Assembly: GCA_013239625.1 (NCBI GenBank)
Contig: MU053881.1
Location: 14,996,373-15,060,372, forward strand
Length of the DNA stretch: 64,000 bases
DNA from: Lama guanicoe
Taxonomy: Eukaryota
Direction: 5' to 3'
The notes under the pieces were generated by a model. That model saw only the letters and a program-made list of their open reading frames with translations, was not told the DNA's origin and ran no database searches. A program made the position numbers and the translations under genes. Of the stretch, positions 12,831 to 26,525 are shown piece after piece (position 1 is the stretch's first letter; every line of letters starts with the position of its first letter).

Positions 12831-15800
12831 AGAAAAGTATTCCAAGGTTCTGGCCAAGGGCAAAGTGCGCGTCAGCATGGAGGTAAGTGGCAAGTGCAGC
12901 CAAGGGACCTGTCCTGAACCTCCGCCTACAGGTCATCAGCATGGGTGGGGGACAGTCACCAAGGACCGCGTCCCTACCCTCAGCGCAGCGTCACCTAACC
13001 GGGAAGTCACCACTGTGCCACGTGTGTGTGCAGAAGAGGAACATGGATGGCCGACTGGAGACCCTCAGCCATGCAGCTTCCTGGCCATGGCATGTCCCCT
13101 CTAGAGGCAGCCCAGGAATGGGTGAGCCTGACAGCACCCACACCAGGAGTGGCACAGTCGCCTGTGCACTGCCAACCCACAGGGCCTTGGGGTCCACTGG
13201 CCCACGTCAGAGCCTGCAACCTGGCAGGCAGCAGCACAGTGGCTGCAGCTGTGGCTATCCTGAGGTCTAAGCAGCATTTCGAAAAATGCAAACTAGTGGC
13301 CAACTTTAAAAATGTTTTTTGAAATTAACTTAAACATCAGAATTGCTGGCTCCTCCTGAAACACTAAAAGTGCCAACAACTTGGGGCCTGGATTCCTGGA
13401 TGCTGATTTATTACCATGCCAGAGATGGGGTCAGCAAGGGTCCCCTCTCATCCCACGTGTGAGCCTGGGCTCTGAGAGGGTCGGCTGGCCTGAGGTCACC
13501 CAGCTGGCTACAGATCCAGGGCCGCTAAGTCCAGCTTGTCCCTGCGGCCCTCACTCTGGTTCAGCAGCTGCATGGAATGACCCAAAGCCTGGAGAAAGGG
13601 AACCCCCACCCCATCCCAGAAGCAGGCCAACTGTTTCAAGGAGGTACAGAGCTAGGATGCGGCATGTGGGCCAAGCGAGGACCGGAATGCAGGTCTCACC
13701 TTGAGCCAAAACCCCAATGAAATCCACTGCATTTAACCATTAGCAGCCCCTGTCAGAGTGGACACCAAGAGGCCTGCAAAGCCCTGGGGAGGGGACAGTG
13801 GCAAAGGCAAGGGGTCCAGCAAGGCCCAGGCCCAGGCTTCCTCAAGAGCCAGGGGTTCCTGGGGGAGAGCCCACACTGCACTCTACCCAGAGCCCCCACC
13901 CGAGGGAACAGCTCAACACAGCCCAGGAGTCCCGCCACCCACCCTGGATCCTGTCTTCGTCCTCCACCAGTCTCAGAAAATCCTGCATGTCCGGCCCAGC
14001 CAGCGGCGCTGGTCCCCTCCAGGGAGGGTCCACCAGGCATGACCCAGTGCCAGCAGGACAGGAGGCCCAAACAGGCAGTTGGAGACATGGGGAGACTGTT
14101 GCCCAAGGGTGCTGGAAAGGTTGGCAAGGAAGCCAGCAGGGCCGGGATGAGATCTGTGGGCTCAAGTGCTCATCCACAAGCATAAAGAGGTTCTGGTGCG
14201 CTTCACGCAGCAAGCTGGCGGAGGCTGAGGATTTCGGAGTGAGAGGGGCTGTACAGAAAACAAGCAGGAAATGGGGCAGGGATGGAGCTGGTGACCAAGG
14301 AGATGACACTGGTGCTGAGAAGAGCACCCCAGGCAGGAGGTCCAGTGAGTGCAAAAGCCCTGGGGTCAGAGTGAGCATGGCTGGGGGAGGGGCAGTATGG
14401 AGGGGGATAGCGGGGCAGGCCAGGCTGTCCACGAGTGAGCAAAGAGGTAGGCGGAGGTGGGCTCAGAGCCTTCTGGGATCTCACTCTGAGTGTGATGAGA
14501 GGCAACTAGAAGTATTTAAACCAGTGACTTGTGTTGCCTTCCCTTGCACAGAGTCCCCTGCATGGGAGGAGATGGACAGAGGAGCCAGTGTGGGCCAGGT
14601 GATGGGGAAGCAGAGGACCCATCCACAGCAGGCAGGGCCCAGGGCAGGTGGGGATTAGACCCCCAAGCCCAGCAGCCACCTTCCACAATGGGGCCCAATG
14701 AAACATCTAGGCAAATGAGCGGCTGTCCACAGACAAGGAAAACCACCGAGGGGAGATGAGACCTGGAGACTGACCGTTCCAGGTAACAAAGGCTCCCAGG
14801 TCACACTCCTGGGTACACTTCCAGCTTCCCAGCAGGTCCCAGGAGGATGTCAACAGGCACACCAGCTCATCCCAACCCCCATCCATGGGTTTGGGTGGAC
14901 ACAGCCCCCAGGCTCTTTCTGTCTGTCCCTCTCTTGTCCCCATGTAAGTGCTGGACATCCTTCCTCCCGAAGTCTCCCTATTTCCCATCCAGACCACAAT
15001 TCAGGCATGCAGCCCCTCCCTGGATGATTATGAAAGGTGCTTTGGCCGTCCCCGGTGCCAGTGCCCCCATCTGTCCCCTGCAACAGCGGCTGTGCCCCTC
15101 ACTGAAGGTTTCCCACCACCGCCCTCAGGATGAAGTCCAGTGTGCCTGCAGGAGTATGAGGCTAGACGGACGCTCTCAGGATCCTGCCCCCTGGGTCCCC
15201 ACCTTCTCACGTGCATCCCCCACCCTGCCATGCCAAGCCCCTGCAGCTGCTGTGCCCCTCACTAGGTGTGCCTTCACTGCCTCCCTCGGGGCAACCCTAG
15301 GCCCAGTGCAGCTCTCCTTGTGCCCTATTCCACACCCGCTGCTCCAGAAGCAGCTGTAGCCTGGCACCTCTAAGCACCACGCGGGCTCAGAGCAGGCACA
15401 GGTCAGACATTTGTCAACTGGCAGTGCCTCTCCAGCCTAGTGCCCACAGCTCACCAGGCAGTAGACAATCCCCCTCACCTCACCTCGCTCCTCCCCCAGC
15501 CCCCCTCCTGTGGGGCCCTCCCAGCTCCCTCCAACCAGGCTCGATAAGGATTCAGGCCTCTGTGCTTCTCATGTGTCACCCCTTCTGGGGAGGCCCTGAA
15601 TGCCACGTCAGCCAGCAACTCCGACGCACCCCTGGCCCTGCTCTCAGGGCGCTCTCCAGAATGCTCACAGGAACCTCCTCCATCTCAGCAGCCCTCACTA
15701 GGCTCGTGTACTCCCAAATCCTCCATGCCACACCCCCACTCTTGCTGGCCCTGGCAGACAACACCATGATCTTCCCTGGGTGGCAGCTGGAAATCGGGGG

Positions 15801-16459
15801 TGGCCCTGTTCCTCCCTCAGGCCCTGCCACCATGGCCGGCCTGGTGGTCCCCTCTCCATTATAGCTCCTGAACCCTCAACCCCAACCCTCCCACCCCTAG
15901 TCCCTTCACTCCCACAACCAGTCTTCTCAAGCTCTTCTCCAAACTCAAGGCTAATCTTGGGTCTCCCTTTCCCTACCTTAAAAGCCAGCTTCACGACTAT
16001 GTCCCAGCTCCCTTGCTTGGCTCTTGGGAAGGGGACCTTTTGGATCTGACTCCCCCCACCTGTCTCTTCTCTGGCCACCCGCTCCCCAGCCAGGTTCCCC
16101 TCACACTACAGCAGCTGTGCCCCAGACAATACCCTTCCAGGCCTCTGTGCCTCAGGACATGCTGTTCCTCCTCCCCCTCCCCCTGCCACTGGCCTCCTGT
16201 CCCACCACAGAGCTCACCTCCTCCAGGCAGTCCTCCTGGCTTGGCTCCACCCTCCAGTAACCTCTTCTCTCCTCTAAGCCAGTAGCTCCTCAGGGCAATC
16301 AGTAGATGGACTCCCTCCACAGGGCACCAACTGTGTGCATTCCTCAGGGTTGTTCACGCACTGACATAATTAACCCCCTCCACAGGGCATCTGGAACAGC
16401 GATAGGGAAACCGACAGAGGCCAGTTCCATGCTTGCCCGGGGTCCCACTGGGAGGAGGG

Positions 16460-18670
16460 GAGAAGACCCTCACACTGTTAAGGTGGCAATAATACCCAAA
16501 GCAGCCTACAGCATCAGTGCAATACCTATCAAAATCCCAACAATATTTTGGGCAGAAATGAAAAAATCCACTGTAAAATTCATATGGAATCTCAAGGGAT
16601 CCCAAACAGCCAAGACAATCTTTAAAAAGAAGAACAAAGTTGGAGTACTGACACTTTCTGGTTTCTAAACTTACTGCGAAGCTACAACAATCACGACGCT
16701 GTAGTACTGGCATAAAGACACACACACCAACAGAACAGAAACAGAGAGCCCAGAACTAAACTCCAGCATATACAGTCAAATGATTTTTGACAAGGGTGCC
16801 AAGAACATTCAATAAGGGAAGGACAGCCTTTTTGACAAATGGTGCTGGGAAAACTGGATGTGCACACGCAAATGACTGAAGCTGACCCAGTATTTTATAA
16901 CATATGTAGAAATTAACTCAACATGGACCCAGACCTAAAGCTAAAACTATAAAACTATAACTACATAAGTAAAACTATGAAAGCTAAGACTATAAAAACT
17001 CAGAAAAAAAAAACACGAAAAGCTTCATAACACTAGATTTGGCAATGACTTCTTGGCTATGACACCAAAAGCAGAGTCAACAAAAGAAAAAATATATAAA
17101 TTGGACTTAGTCAAAATTGAAAACATTTGTGTATCAAAGGACACTATCAACAGAGTGAAAAGGCCCCATTTCCATGGAACGTGAGAAAATATTTGCAAAT
17201 CATGTATCTGATAAGGGAATAATACCCAGAATATATACAGAACTCCTAAAACTCAACAGCAAAAAAAAAAAAATTCAAAAATGGGCAAAGTAATAGGAAA
17301 ACACTAATTTGAAAAGATACATGCACCTTTTTGCTCATTTCAGCATTATTTATAATAGCCAAGATATGGGAACAACCTAAGTGGCCATTGAGGGATGAAG
17401 GAATAAAGAAAATGTTTTATATATATGTATTTACACACACACACACACACACAAACACACGGACTACTACTCAGCCATAAAAAAGAATGTAGTCCTGCCA
17501 TTTGAGACAACATGGATGGATCTTTAGAGTGTTGTTAAGTTGGAGAAAAATGAATACCGTTTGATTTCATTCATATGTGGAATCTTTAAAAAAAATGAAC
17601 AAATGAAATAAAATAAAAACTCATAGACACAGAGGACAGATTAGTGGTTACCAGCGGGAAAGGGGGCTCAAAGGGTAGATAAAATGGGTGAAGGAGGTCA
17701 ACTGCACGGGAATGGATGGTAACTAGAGTTGGGGAGGTGATCACTCTGTAGTGTATACAGATGTTGAACTATAATGCTATACACCTGAAATTTACATTTT
17801 AAAAAACGGGCAAAGGACTCAAAAGATATCTCTCCAAAGGAAATATACAAATGGCCAACAAGCACATGAAAAGATACTCAAATTACTAATCACTAGAGAA
17901 ATGCAAATCAAAACCACAATGAGATCCCACCTCACACCCACAAGGATGGCTGTAATCAAAAAGCCATAAAATAAAAAGCACTGGCAAGGATGCGGAAAAA
18001 CTGGAACCCTTGTGCACTGTTGGTGGGAATGTGAAATGGTGCAGCCACTGTGGAAAATAGCCTGGAGGGTCCTCAAAAAGGTAAACATAGAATTACCACA
18101 TGACTCAGCAACCCCATCTCTGGGTATATACCCCCTGAAAATGGAAGCAGGGATCCCAACAGATATGGGTACACTCATGTTCACAGCAGCACTCCTTACA
18201 ACAGCCAAAAGGGAGAAGCAACCCAAGTGTCCACTGAAAAAGAAATGGATAAACAAATGTAGGAGATCCATACAATGAAATATTATTAGACCTCAAAAAG
18301 GAAGGACATTCTGACACGTGCCATACCACAAATAAACCTTGAGGACATTATGCTAAGTGAAATAAGCCAATCACAAAAGGATAAATACTATGAGTCCACG
18401 TGTATGAGGTCCCTAGAGAAGCCAAATTCACAGAGACAGAAAGCAGAATGGTGGGTACCAGGGGCTGAAGGAGAGGGGATGGGGAGTGAGTGTTTAATGC
18501 GGGAACAGAGTTTCGGTTTTGCAAGATGGAAAGAGTTCCAGAAATGGGTGGTGGGGATGGTAGCACCACGATGTGAATGTATTTAATGCCCCTGAACCAT
18601 ATGCTTAAAAGTGGTTAAATGGTAAACTGTTAGGTATATTTTCCCATAATTTAAAAAGAAAAGGAAAAAT
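16460..18670 (+). mobile_element. L1 ORF2 3' part plus 3' UTR, interrupted by a second L1 3' end (17291-17801)
   Basis: ORF2 remnants VKVAIIPKAAYSISAIPIKIP...KFIWN and HCWWECEMVQPLWK. The inner insertion is flanked by aaaaatgggcaaag / aaaaacgggcaaag. Confidence 0.9.
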
Positions 18671-18679
18671 GTAAAAAGA

Positions 18680-19080
18680 AAATTAGCACTTCACTCCTGT
18701 GAAATTCCTGGAAAAACACACCATCTCACTTCAATGGCAAGAAAACATCAGACAAATTGCCCTGAGTGACATTCCTCAAAAAGACTGAGCAGTTCTCTTC
18801 AAGGAGGGGGAAGGTAGCGGACGACTCAGAAACCCTGAGTCGTGGTCGCGGATTGGAGGAGACCGAGGAGACCCGACAACTAAATGCAACGTGGGAGCCT
18901 GAACAGAATCCGGGGCCAGAAAAAGACATCCCCAGATGTCTCCTAATAGACTGGAGTCTAGTTAACAGACCTGTGATGACGCTGCTGCCCTGGTCCCGGG
19001 AGGTGCTCACAGTGAGGGGCTAGGGAAGCTGTGCTGTCTGTACAGCTTGTCAAGAAATCTAAAACTCTCTCAAAAGAAAA
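18680..19080 (+). mobile_element. Ancient L1MC/ME-like 3' UTR fragment
   Basis: aagaaaacatcagacaaa...gacattcc, gacaactaaatgcaacgtg, ccagaaaaagacat. Confidence 0.65.
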
Positions 19081-20959
19081 AGCGAAAAGAAATGAATTCC
19101 CCTCCCCCAATAAAACTGAACACACAATTACAAAGCTGTGGCATCTGTCACATGTCAAGCCACGGCACGTGGGTGCAAACAGGAAGACTTTGCCCTCACA
19201 GCTGCCCCATGGGGTACCCTGATGCCCACCAGGCACGGGGTAGGTACTTCGGGTGGGAACGTAGTTTATTCTGTACAACTCTCCACGTGAGGCACAAGAG
19301 GAGTCGTCTCGTTTTGGGGAAGACGGCAGAGGCGGGGCTTTGAGCCACAATAGCGGCCATTTAGCCCCGCTGTGAGGGGGTGAAAGGAGGTCCATGGAGC
19401 GGGCTCTCTGGCACAAGTGGCCTCTAGCAGGCCCCTGCAACTGACCATCAGGGCTCCTCCCTCTGCATCTGCTGAGCCAGTGGGGATGAAATTAGCATCT
19501 CCTTGGCACCTAGGCTGCTGCGCCCATAAATCACTCCTCAGGCTGTGCATTGACTCTGTGATGATTTAATGAGCCACTCCCATCCTAATTACAGCTATCA
19601 AACCCCTCCTGGCTGGGAGGAGAGAAAGGATCACAAAAGCACAGCGCTCACAGGTACAAAAGACCCACAGAGAAGGGCCCCCGGAGTTTATCTCTTCAGT
19701 CACTTGAGGAACATTCAATTTGATCTCAACACAACAGAGGCTGTTTAGCCAGCCGGGCATGGACATAGCAGCCCCTCCAAGGCTCTGGCAGAACAGCAAC
19801 TCTTGGTCTCTATTGGACATGCTCCACCTCCCATGTCCCCAGCCCAAGGACTGGCCAGCCAGGCAGAGCCAGCCCTGGGCACTCTGCCTGGCTGGGCCAA
19901 CACTTCCTGCCCGAGATTTCCAGGCGAATGACCAGCTGGCATGTACCCACCCACCCTCCGCGCCCAGGTGAGCTGTTGTCAGATGCACAGAGGAAAAGGG
20001 AAGTGCTTGGGTCTTCTGTTTTCAATTTCATCAAAGTTTTGAGACATAAACAATTCCTTTTTTTGTTGGGGGAAAAAAAAGCATGGCGGAGTGTTTCCCA
20101 GCAACTCCAGCCGGAAAGGAAGGGCAGCCTGCAGAAGCTCTCACAGGAGTGGGGCAATGGGGTAGAGACCACCCAGCTCCAAGGCTGGATCCAGGAACGG
20201 GGCTCAAACACTCAATGGCCAACAAGGGAGAAACTCACCTTTCTGGATGGAATGCCATGCCCCAGTTTTGGGGTGAAACCCCCATGACTGTGGGGTATAA
20301 GGAAGGGACCACAAAGAAGGAGGAATTTCACGTATGAAATTAGGACTCATAGTCTCCTCTCTGCTGCAGGAATGCCTTTCCTCATTATGCAGGGGCCACC
20401 AGAGTATGAAGTGAAAGTTGTTCAATATACACCTCCCCCATCACCTCCCTGGGGAATCAGATTCCAAATTCTTGGGTGAAAGAACTTCTGCCAAGTCAGG
20501 AAGTCCTGGTGTGCAATGAGCTGGCGTTCATTCCCTCAGCATCTACCATTGCTCAGGGGACGCCTGCCCCTCTCAGATCCCTGCAGCCCCTGCCCTTTCC
20601 TCTACCCAGGCCTGTCCCCATATGGTGGCTGGAGGGACCTTTGCTACACCTACATCTCATGTCACTGCCCTGCTCATAATCTTCCTGGAGCACCCCACCA
20701 CCCCAGAACCAGACTCCAACCTCTCACCAGGCCCATGACACATCACCCATGGAGCTTGGCCAGGCCGGGCTCTCCCCAGCAAGAAGCTTCATGCATCCCA
20801 TCCCCACAGCTCACCCTTGTGTCCCAGGGCTCAGCTCAAATGTCACCTTCCTCAAAGGGTCCCCCACTCCCACCCCATTTTGCTCTCTCAGAGCTGAGAC
20901 CTTGGGGTCAAGGACTAGGAGGCTGCTGGCATGGCTTCCCCTGGGGCAGGGGCTCCATC

Positions 20960-21031
20960 TCATTTGTTCTGCAAGGTGTCCCCAGAGCCCAGCACAAAGT
21001 AGGTGCTCAATAAACACTGACTGAAGGAATG
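20960..21031 (+). mobile_element. L2 3' end
   Basis: cccagcacaaagtaggtgctcaataaacactgactgaaggaatg. Confidence 0.7.
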
Positions 21032-23025
21032 GGCTTCCCAGTCCACACCCTGGCCACTGTAGGGAGACCTCTTCAGGCAACCCAGTGCTGCCCACACTCC
21101 CCCCAGGGCCATGCTGCCTGCCCACCATCCAGAGCCCATGGGAGTCTGCCAGTCCAACAGTGACACACCATGTGTGCCAATACAAACTCCAAGTCTCTCC
21201 CTGAAGTTGTTCAGAAAAACTGGAGCTCCAGGAAGATCACACTACCCACCAGGCTCCGTGGCCCCTCAGCGCCTGGTACACATTTCCGAGTGGAAAAGAG
21301 GACCCCATGCCACAATCCCACTACTTAAGAGGAAAAGCCTGACTGTGTAATAGGAAACTGGCCCTTTTAAAGGACACTTGCACCCAGAAGATTCCAGAGT
21401 GAACCAGAGATAGGCCTGCCCTCAGGGAGCTCACAATTCAATGTCTGCTAAGCACCTGCTGAATGTCTGCCACGTGCCCACCTTGTGCCTGCTGAGCACC
21501 GCTGTGCATTCACTATGCACACATCTTCAGAGTCTTAGCCGCAGCAAGCACGCAGTGAGCGTCCATGTGCGAGCCCCATTCCGGAAACACTATGTGGATT
21601 AATCCATCTAGGTCTCAACATAACCCTACGAGGAAGACACCACTATGACCTCCGCTTCATGGAGAGGGAGAGGAGCCCAGGGGGACTCCCAGGTCTAAAC
21701 TCACCCAGGAGGAAGCAGGGAGAAGCCCAGCAGCATGGCCCCAGGCTAAGTACCAGGTGTGGCAGAACCCCCTCACCCCTGACCCACCCGAGCGCTTTCT
21801 CCCCTCCATGCTCATCTGAGAACCCTGAGAAGGAAGCCCCAGTTGCGCTTCGTTTCTATTTGGCAAATAATAAATATTGACTCTCTCTGAATCCTTGGCC
21901 CGCAAGGCACATGGTGGCTTCCTTGTTTGCGCACCTGGACCCCCATCCGGCCAGTAGCACCAGAGCCACACCTGACTGGGGCAGGGCACGCCCACCTCCG
22001 CTCTGTAGCAGGGCTGGATGAGGCGGAGAGAGGGAAGGGAGGAGAGGGGGTCAGAAACACCCCAGCCAGAAATGGGGCTCATTCCATCCTACAAGATCCA
22101 CGGGGAGGTGAGACTCTTCCATCCTCATCTCATTCTCGCTGGCTCCCCCTTCACAGCAGGGGAGACCCCACCTCACCCTCCTTCCTGCTCACCTCTCAAT
22201 AAACTCTGTCATTATCACCTCCTAAATGCCCCCAAGCCGGCCCTCCCCTGTCCTAGCCCAAGGTGCGGCATTCCCCACCCTGCTGCAGGGGGTGCAGAGA
22301 CAGATACAAATTGAAGCTCAGCCTCCAACAGGGTTCCCTCTGGCTGCATTAAGAAAAACATGGGTCCAGGATTCAGAGATTGGATTCCAGCAGCTCTGCA
22401 CACAGCAAACCACGGGACCTCTGACGCCTCGGTTTCTCACCTGTGCAACAGGGGAAACAGCAGGCCCTCTCTCATGGGTTACTGTCACAGCCCCCGGGCG
22501 CTCACACGTGGGCTCTAGCAGGTCTAGCTCCTGCCACTCCCCGTGCCTTCCTGTCACTCACATCGCCATCCTGCTAGAACCTTCCATGACTCCCCACGGC
22601 CCCACACCAGGCCTGACCTAGGGCCTTCCACCACCCACCGTGCCTTCCTCTCAGGCACACAGCCTGTGCAGTCTACGCTCCTGGAGCCGCTGCCTCCACG
22701 CGGGCACGAGGTTCCCGCAGCCTGGGAGGCTCTGCCTGACCCTGACCAGCTGGCAAACTCCCAGAGCAGCATGAGACAGGAGAAAAGGTACAGGGGACTG
22801 GGTTAGTTCAATCAGGGTCAAATCCCAGCTCTGCCACCTCTAATGCTCTGTGACATTTGCTCTCCAAGCCTCCATTTCCCCATCTATAAACCAGAGAGGA
22901 TGCCATTGGCTGCCCGGGGCTGTTGCCACATTGTCAGGCTCAAGGTCTGCAACTCACGGAACTGAGGGCCTCCACCAACCCCTCTGCACCTCCACAATCA
23001 CGGCCCCGTGGAGGGGCGCAAGAGC

Positions 23026-23200
23026 AGGGCTTCTCAGCCTGGGCCCCGCCGGCAGCAGGGGCCCCGTGTCCACTGCAGGGTGTTGAGCAGCAGCCAGGCC
23101 TCCACTCACCAGAATCCAGGAGCACCCCCACCCCAAGTCACGACAACCAAAAATGTCCCCAGATGTTGTCAAATGCCCTCAGAGGCAGACCCAGCTGAGG
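23026..23200 (+). mobile_element. MER20 (hAT-Charlie) DNA transposon
   Basis: ttctcagcctgggc...cactgcagggtgttgagcagc...gacaaccaaaaatgtccccagatgttgtcaaatg. Confidence 0.75.
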
Positions 23201-23944
23201 TGAGCACACTGCACCACCCGGTTTTGATGCTTCCCCGCCACTGCGCTCTGGCCAGTCTCCCCAGGCCAGACCCTACCCCTGACATCTGCATGGCAGTTTC
23301 CAGAGAGTCCCTGTTTAAAAGGAAATCCCCAGCACCAAGGACTCCAAATCCCGACCCCTGACGTGCCATTGCTTTGTCTGACTGAACAGCACTGAAGGGA
23401 GCCTATACCACTGAGCTGAAACCAGAAAGCGCCTGGCGTCCACAGCGGAAGAGGAGGACCAGAGCTCAGCCTTCACAACGCCCGTGAAGGCCCAGCTCTG
23501 ACCTGGAGTAACCTAATTAACCCTGCCCAGGACAGGAAGGGCCCCTGCACAAACAAGAGTCACCTGGCATTGTGCCCCCGGGCTAGCCTTGGGAACAGCC
23601 ACAGCAGACTCCTCTCTGGTGTGTGGACCAACAATGACCACCACACCACCAACCAAGGGCCAGACAGTCCGCTCACCCCCCTGCCCAAGGCTGACCCTCT
23701 CCCTCTGCCTGGCACAGCCCTGGTGACCCCAGTGTCCTGGCCTCCCAGCAAGGCACTCAGAACTCAGACCCCTACCCACACCCACAGAAGCAGAATCTTG
23801 GAGGAGCCCAGGAGTTTGCATTCTTTGGCTCAGAGGTAATTCAGAGACCCCTTAAAAGTGGCAGAACCACCCCCCACCATCTTCCCAACCTTCCCTGTTG
23901 CTCTAGGTCAGTGGGACTCAAACTGTAGGCGAGACCCATTGGCC

Positions 23945-24115
23945 CAGGGCTGGCAAACTCCTTCTGTAAAGCGCCAGATATCTCCGCCTCCTGGGGCCAT
24001 TCTGTCTCTCTCTTGATGACTCAACTCTGCCACAGACAAGGTGTAAATGAATGGGCGTGGCCATGTTCTAATAAATCTTTATTTACAAAAAACAGGTGTA
24101 GCTTGCTGAGCCCTG
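23945..24115 (+). mobile_element. MER58A-like hAT element, inserted into an older hAT-Charlie fragment (about 23909-24160)
   Basis: TIR-like ends cagggctggcaaact ... agcttgctgagccctg; internal aatgaatgggcgtggccatgttctaataaa. The flanks rejoin as gacccatt|agtgggt. Confidence 0.75.
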
Positions 24116-24499
24116 GATTAGTGGGTTAAGAGATCAATTCAGTGGGTTCCCACTGGCATTTTACAATAAACAGAAAGGAACCAATTATATCAATTTTCCC
24201 CACACACAGGGAGAGCTGCTCTCCTTGGAGAATACTGTTCTAAAGGTATGTTTGCTGGTGGCTGCTGGAATGTCATGAAACACAAATTTCTAACAGAGAG
24301 TCACAGTCAAGGAGGTGAGACAGTGACCTCTGAACTAAGCCCTTGGCTCCCATGCCTGTCCTTCAGTCTGTAAAATCGTCCCCTCACCCAGCTGTAGACA
24401 CTCCTGGTTCCACACCTACTACAGGTCCAGGAAGCCCTCCTGGATTTCCCAGAGCAGGTGGGCCCCACCACTGCACACAATGACCACTGGCCACCACCC

Positions 24500-25020
24500 A
24501 GTGAATCAATACAGCAATTCCACTCCCGGACATATGCCCGCAAGGTGAAAACACATGTTCACAGCAGCAGCATTTATAACAGTGAGAAAGAGGAAATAGC
24601 CTAAATACTCATCAATAGGTAGTGAATAAACTAAATGTGGTCCATCCACATGACAGAATGTAATTTGGCCACAAAAAGGAATGAAGCTCTGACACATGCT
24701 ACAACGTGAACTTCAAGAACGTCACACTGAATGAAAGAAGCTGGACACAAAAGGCCACAGGTTGTATGAACCCATTTACATGAAATGTCCAGAAAAAGCA
24801 GATCCATAGAAACAGAAAGGAGATTAGTGGTTGCCAGGAGCTGGGGGAGGGACAATGGGAAGTGGCTGCTAATGGAGATAGGGTTTCTTTTTGGGGTGAT
24901 GGAAATGTTCTGGAACCAAACAGAGGTGAAGGCTGCACCACACTGTGAATGTACCAGATGCCAATGGACTGTACATTAAAATGGTTCATTTAATGTAAAT
25001 TTCATCTTTATTTCTAAAAA
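24500..25020 (+). mobile_element. L1M (L1MB-like) 3' end
   Basis: cagcaattccactcc, ggacacaaaaggccaca, ttagtggttgccagg. Confidence 0.85.
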
Positions 25021-26074
25021 GATTTTTTTAAAAGATCATTCTGCATGGTTCTGAGGCCCTGCACTGGCCGTGAGCCATAGGAGGGTTCTCTACACAGGAC
25101 CCCGGGCTGGCAGGGTCAGTGTGGCAGTCCCCTGTAGGATACATGAATGGAAAGGTCGGAACAAAACCAGGGCTCCCAGAAGGAAGCCTCCTTCCAAATG
25201 GCAACTGGTCACATTAACCCAAAAGCGTGTCCGAGACCAGCCACAGAGACTTCGGCTCCTAGCCTGGTCTAGACCATGGCTTTCGTGGGGAGAAGAGCCA
25301 TGGGCCATGCACAAAGGTGTGTGTGATGGAGTTCCAAGGCCGCCACCTCCATATCAAGAACAATTAATGACAGGAAATGTAGATTTCTGGGTCCAAGTCA
25401 CGAGAAATGTAGGTGTGGCTGTAGTAACTGAGTCACGTTTCAGAGAAACCAAGGCCCAAGTGGGGCCAAGCAGGCTCTGATGAGCAACAGAAGGTTCTAG
25501 TTTGTCTTGTTAATTCCTTGTTTCAAACACAACCTGTGTGCTCACCCAGGGCTGAATATTAGTTCTGTCTCTTCCCAACCAGGATTCAGCTCTGGGCCTC
25601 AGTTTCCGGACCTGCACGATAGCAAAGACAACACCTCCTCCAGAAAGTAGGGCGGGGGGTGGACAAAAAGAATGCGGGTTGAGTGAAAGCCACATAGTGC
25701 CCAGCAGAGAGCAGGAACCGAAAGTGCAAAAGGCAAACTTTACCGCCACCCAAAATCCTCGCCCTGCACCCCCAGCACACTCTGATCTCACTCTCGGTCA
25801 GCTCCTGACAACAAGTTGCCCCCTCCTGCCCCAAGGCCCTTGCTCCTGCTCTTGTCTCTCTGGCTTGTTCACCATCACTGCTAGGCTCAGTACACAGTGA
25901 GAGTCCCCAGTTCCTGATACTGGGTGAATGGAGGGTGCACTTGAGGCCTTGGGGAGAATATGACCTGCATGAACTGCCAGAGAAGGACAGGTGTACACAC
26001 ACACAGACGACCCCTAGGCCCACCGTCCTGAGGTGGCTTCCACAAGGTACCCAGACTCCACAGGCTCTGTCTCA

Positions 26075-26525
26075 GCTGGGGGGAGGGTGTCCTGGGGCCG
26101 CCATCACAAATGACCACCAACGGGGAAGGGGTTAGGCAGTAAAACAAGTATTTATTCTCTCAACAGTTCTGGAGGCCAGACATCCAAAATTCACGTGTTG
26201 GCAGGGCCATATTCCCTCTGGAGGCCCCGGGGAGGATCCTCCCTTGCCTCTTCCAGCTTCGGGGACTTCACACATCTTTCGCTCGGGGCTGCACCAGCCC
26301 AGTCTCTACCTCCAACATACATGGTCTTCTCCCGTGTATCTGGGTCCTCTTCTCTTCTCATAAAGACACCAGTCGTCAGATTTAGGACGACCATAAATCC
26401 AGAACGATCTCATCTGGAGATCCTTACCCCAATGACATCTGCAGAAATCTTTTTTTCCAAATAAGATCATAGTCACAGATGTGGGTCATGATGAGGGCAG
26501 ATCGTCTTAAAAGACCCCATTCAAC
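26075..26525 (-). mobile_element. MLT1 solo LTR
   Basis: tttattctctcaacagttctggaggccag, ggaggatcctcccttgcctcttccagctt, ttccaaataagatcatag. Confidence 0.8.

Noticed and set aside
13798..14658. 286-aa plus-strand ORF (similarly 8015-8704, 37797-38531, 38224-39060, 1507-2184)
   Set aside because: Low-complexity Pro/Gly/Ser/Arg-rich translations, several with non-ATG starts, with no domain signature; typical chance ORFs in GC-rich DNA.
16306..18586. ORFs with L1 ORF2-like peptides
   Set aside because: Frameshifted, truncated L1 remnants; not an active element or host gene.
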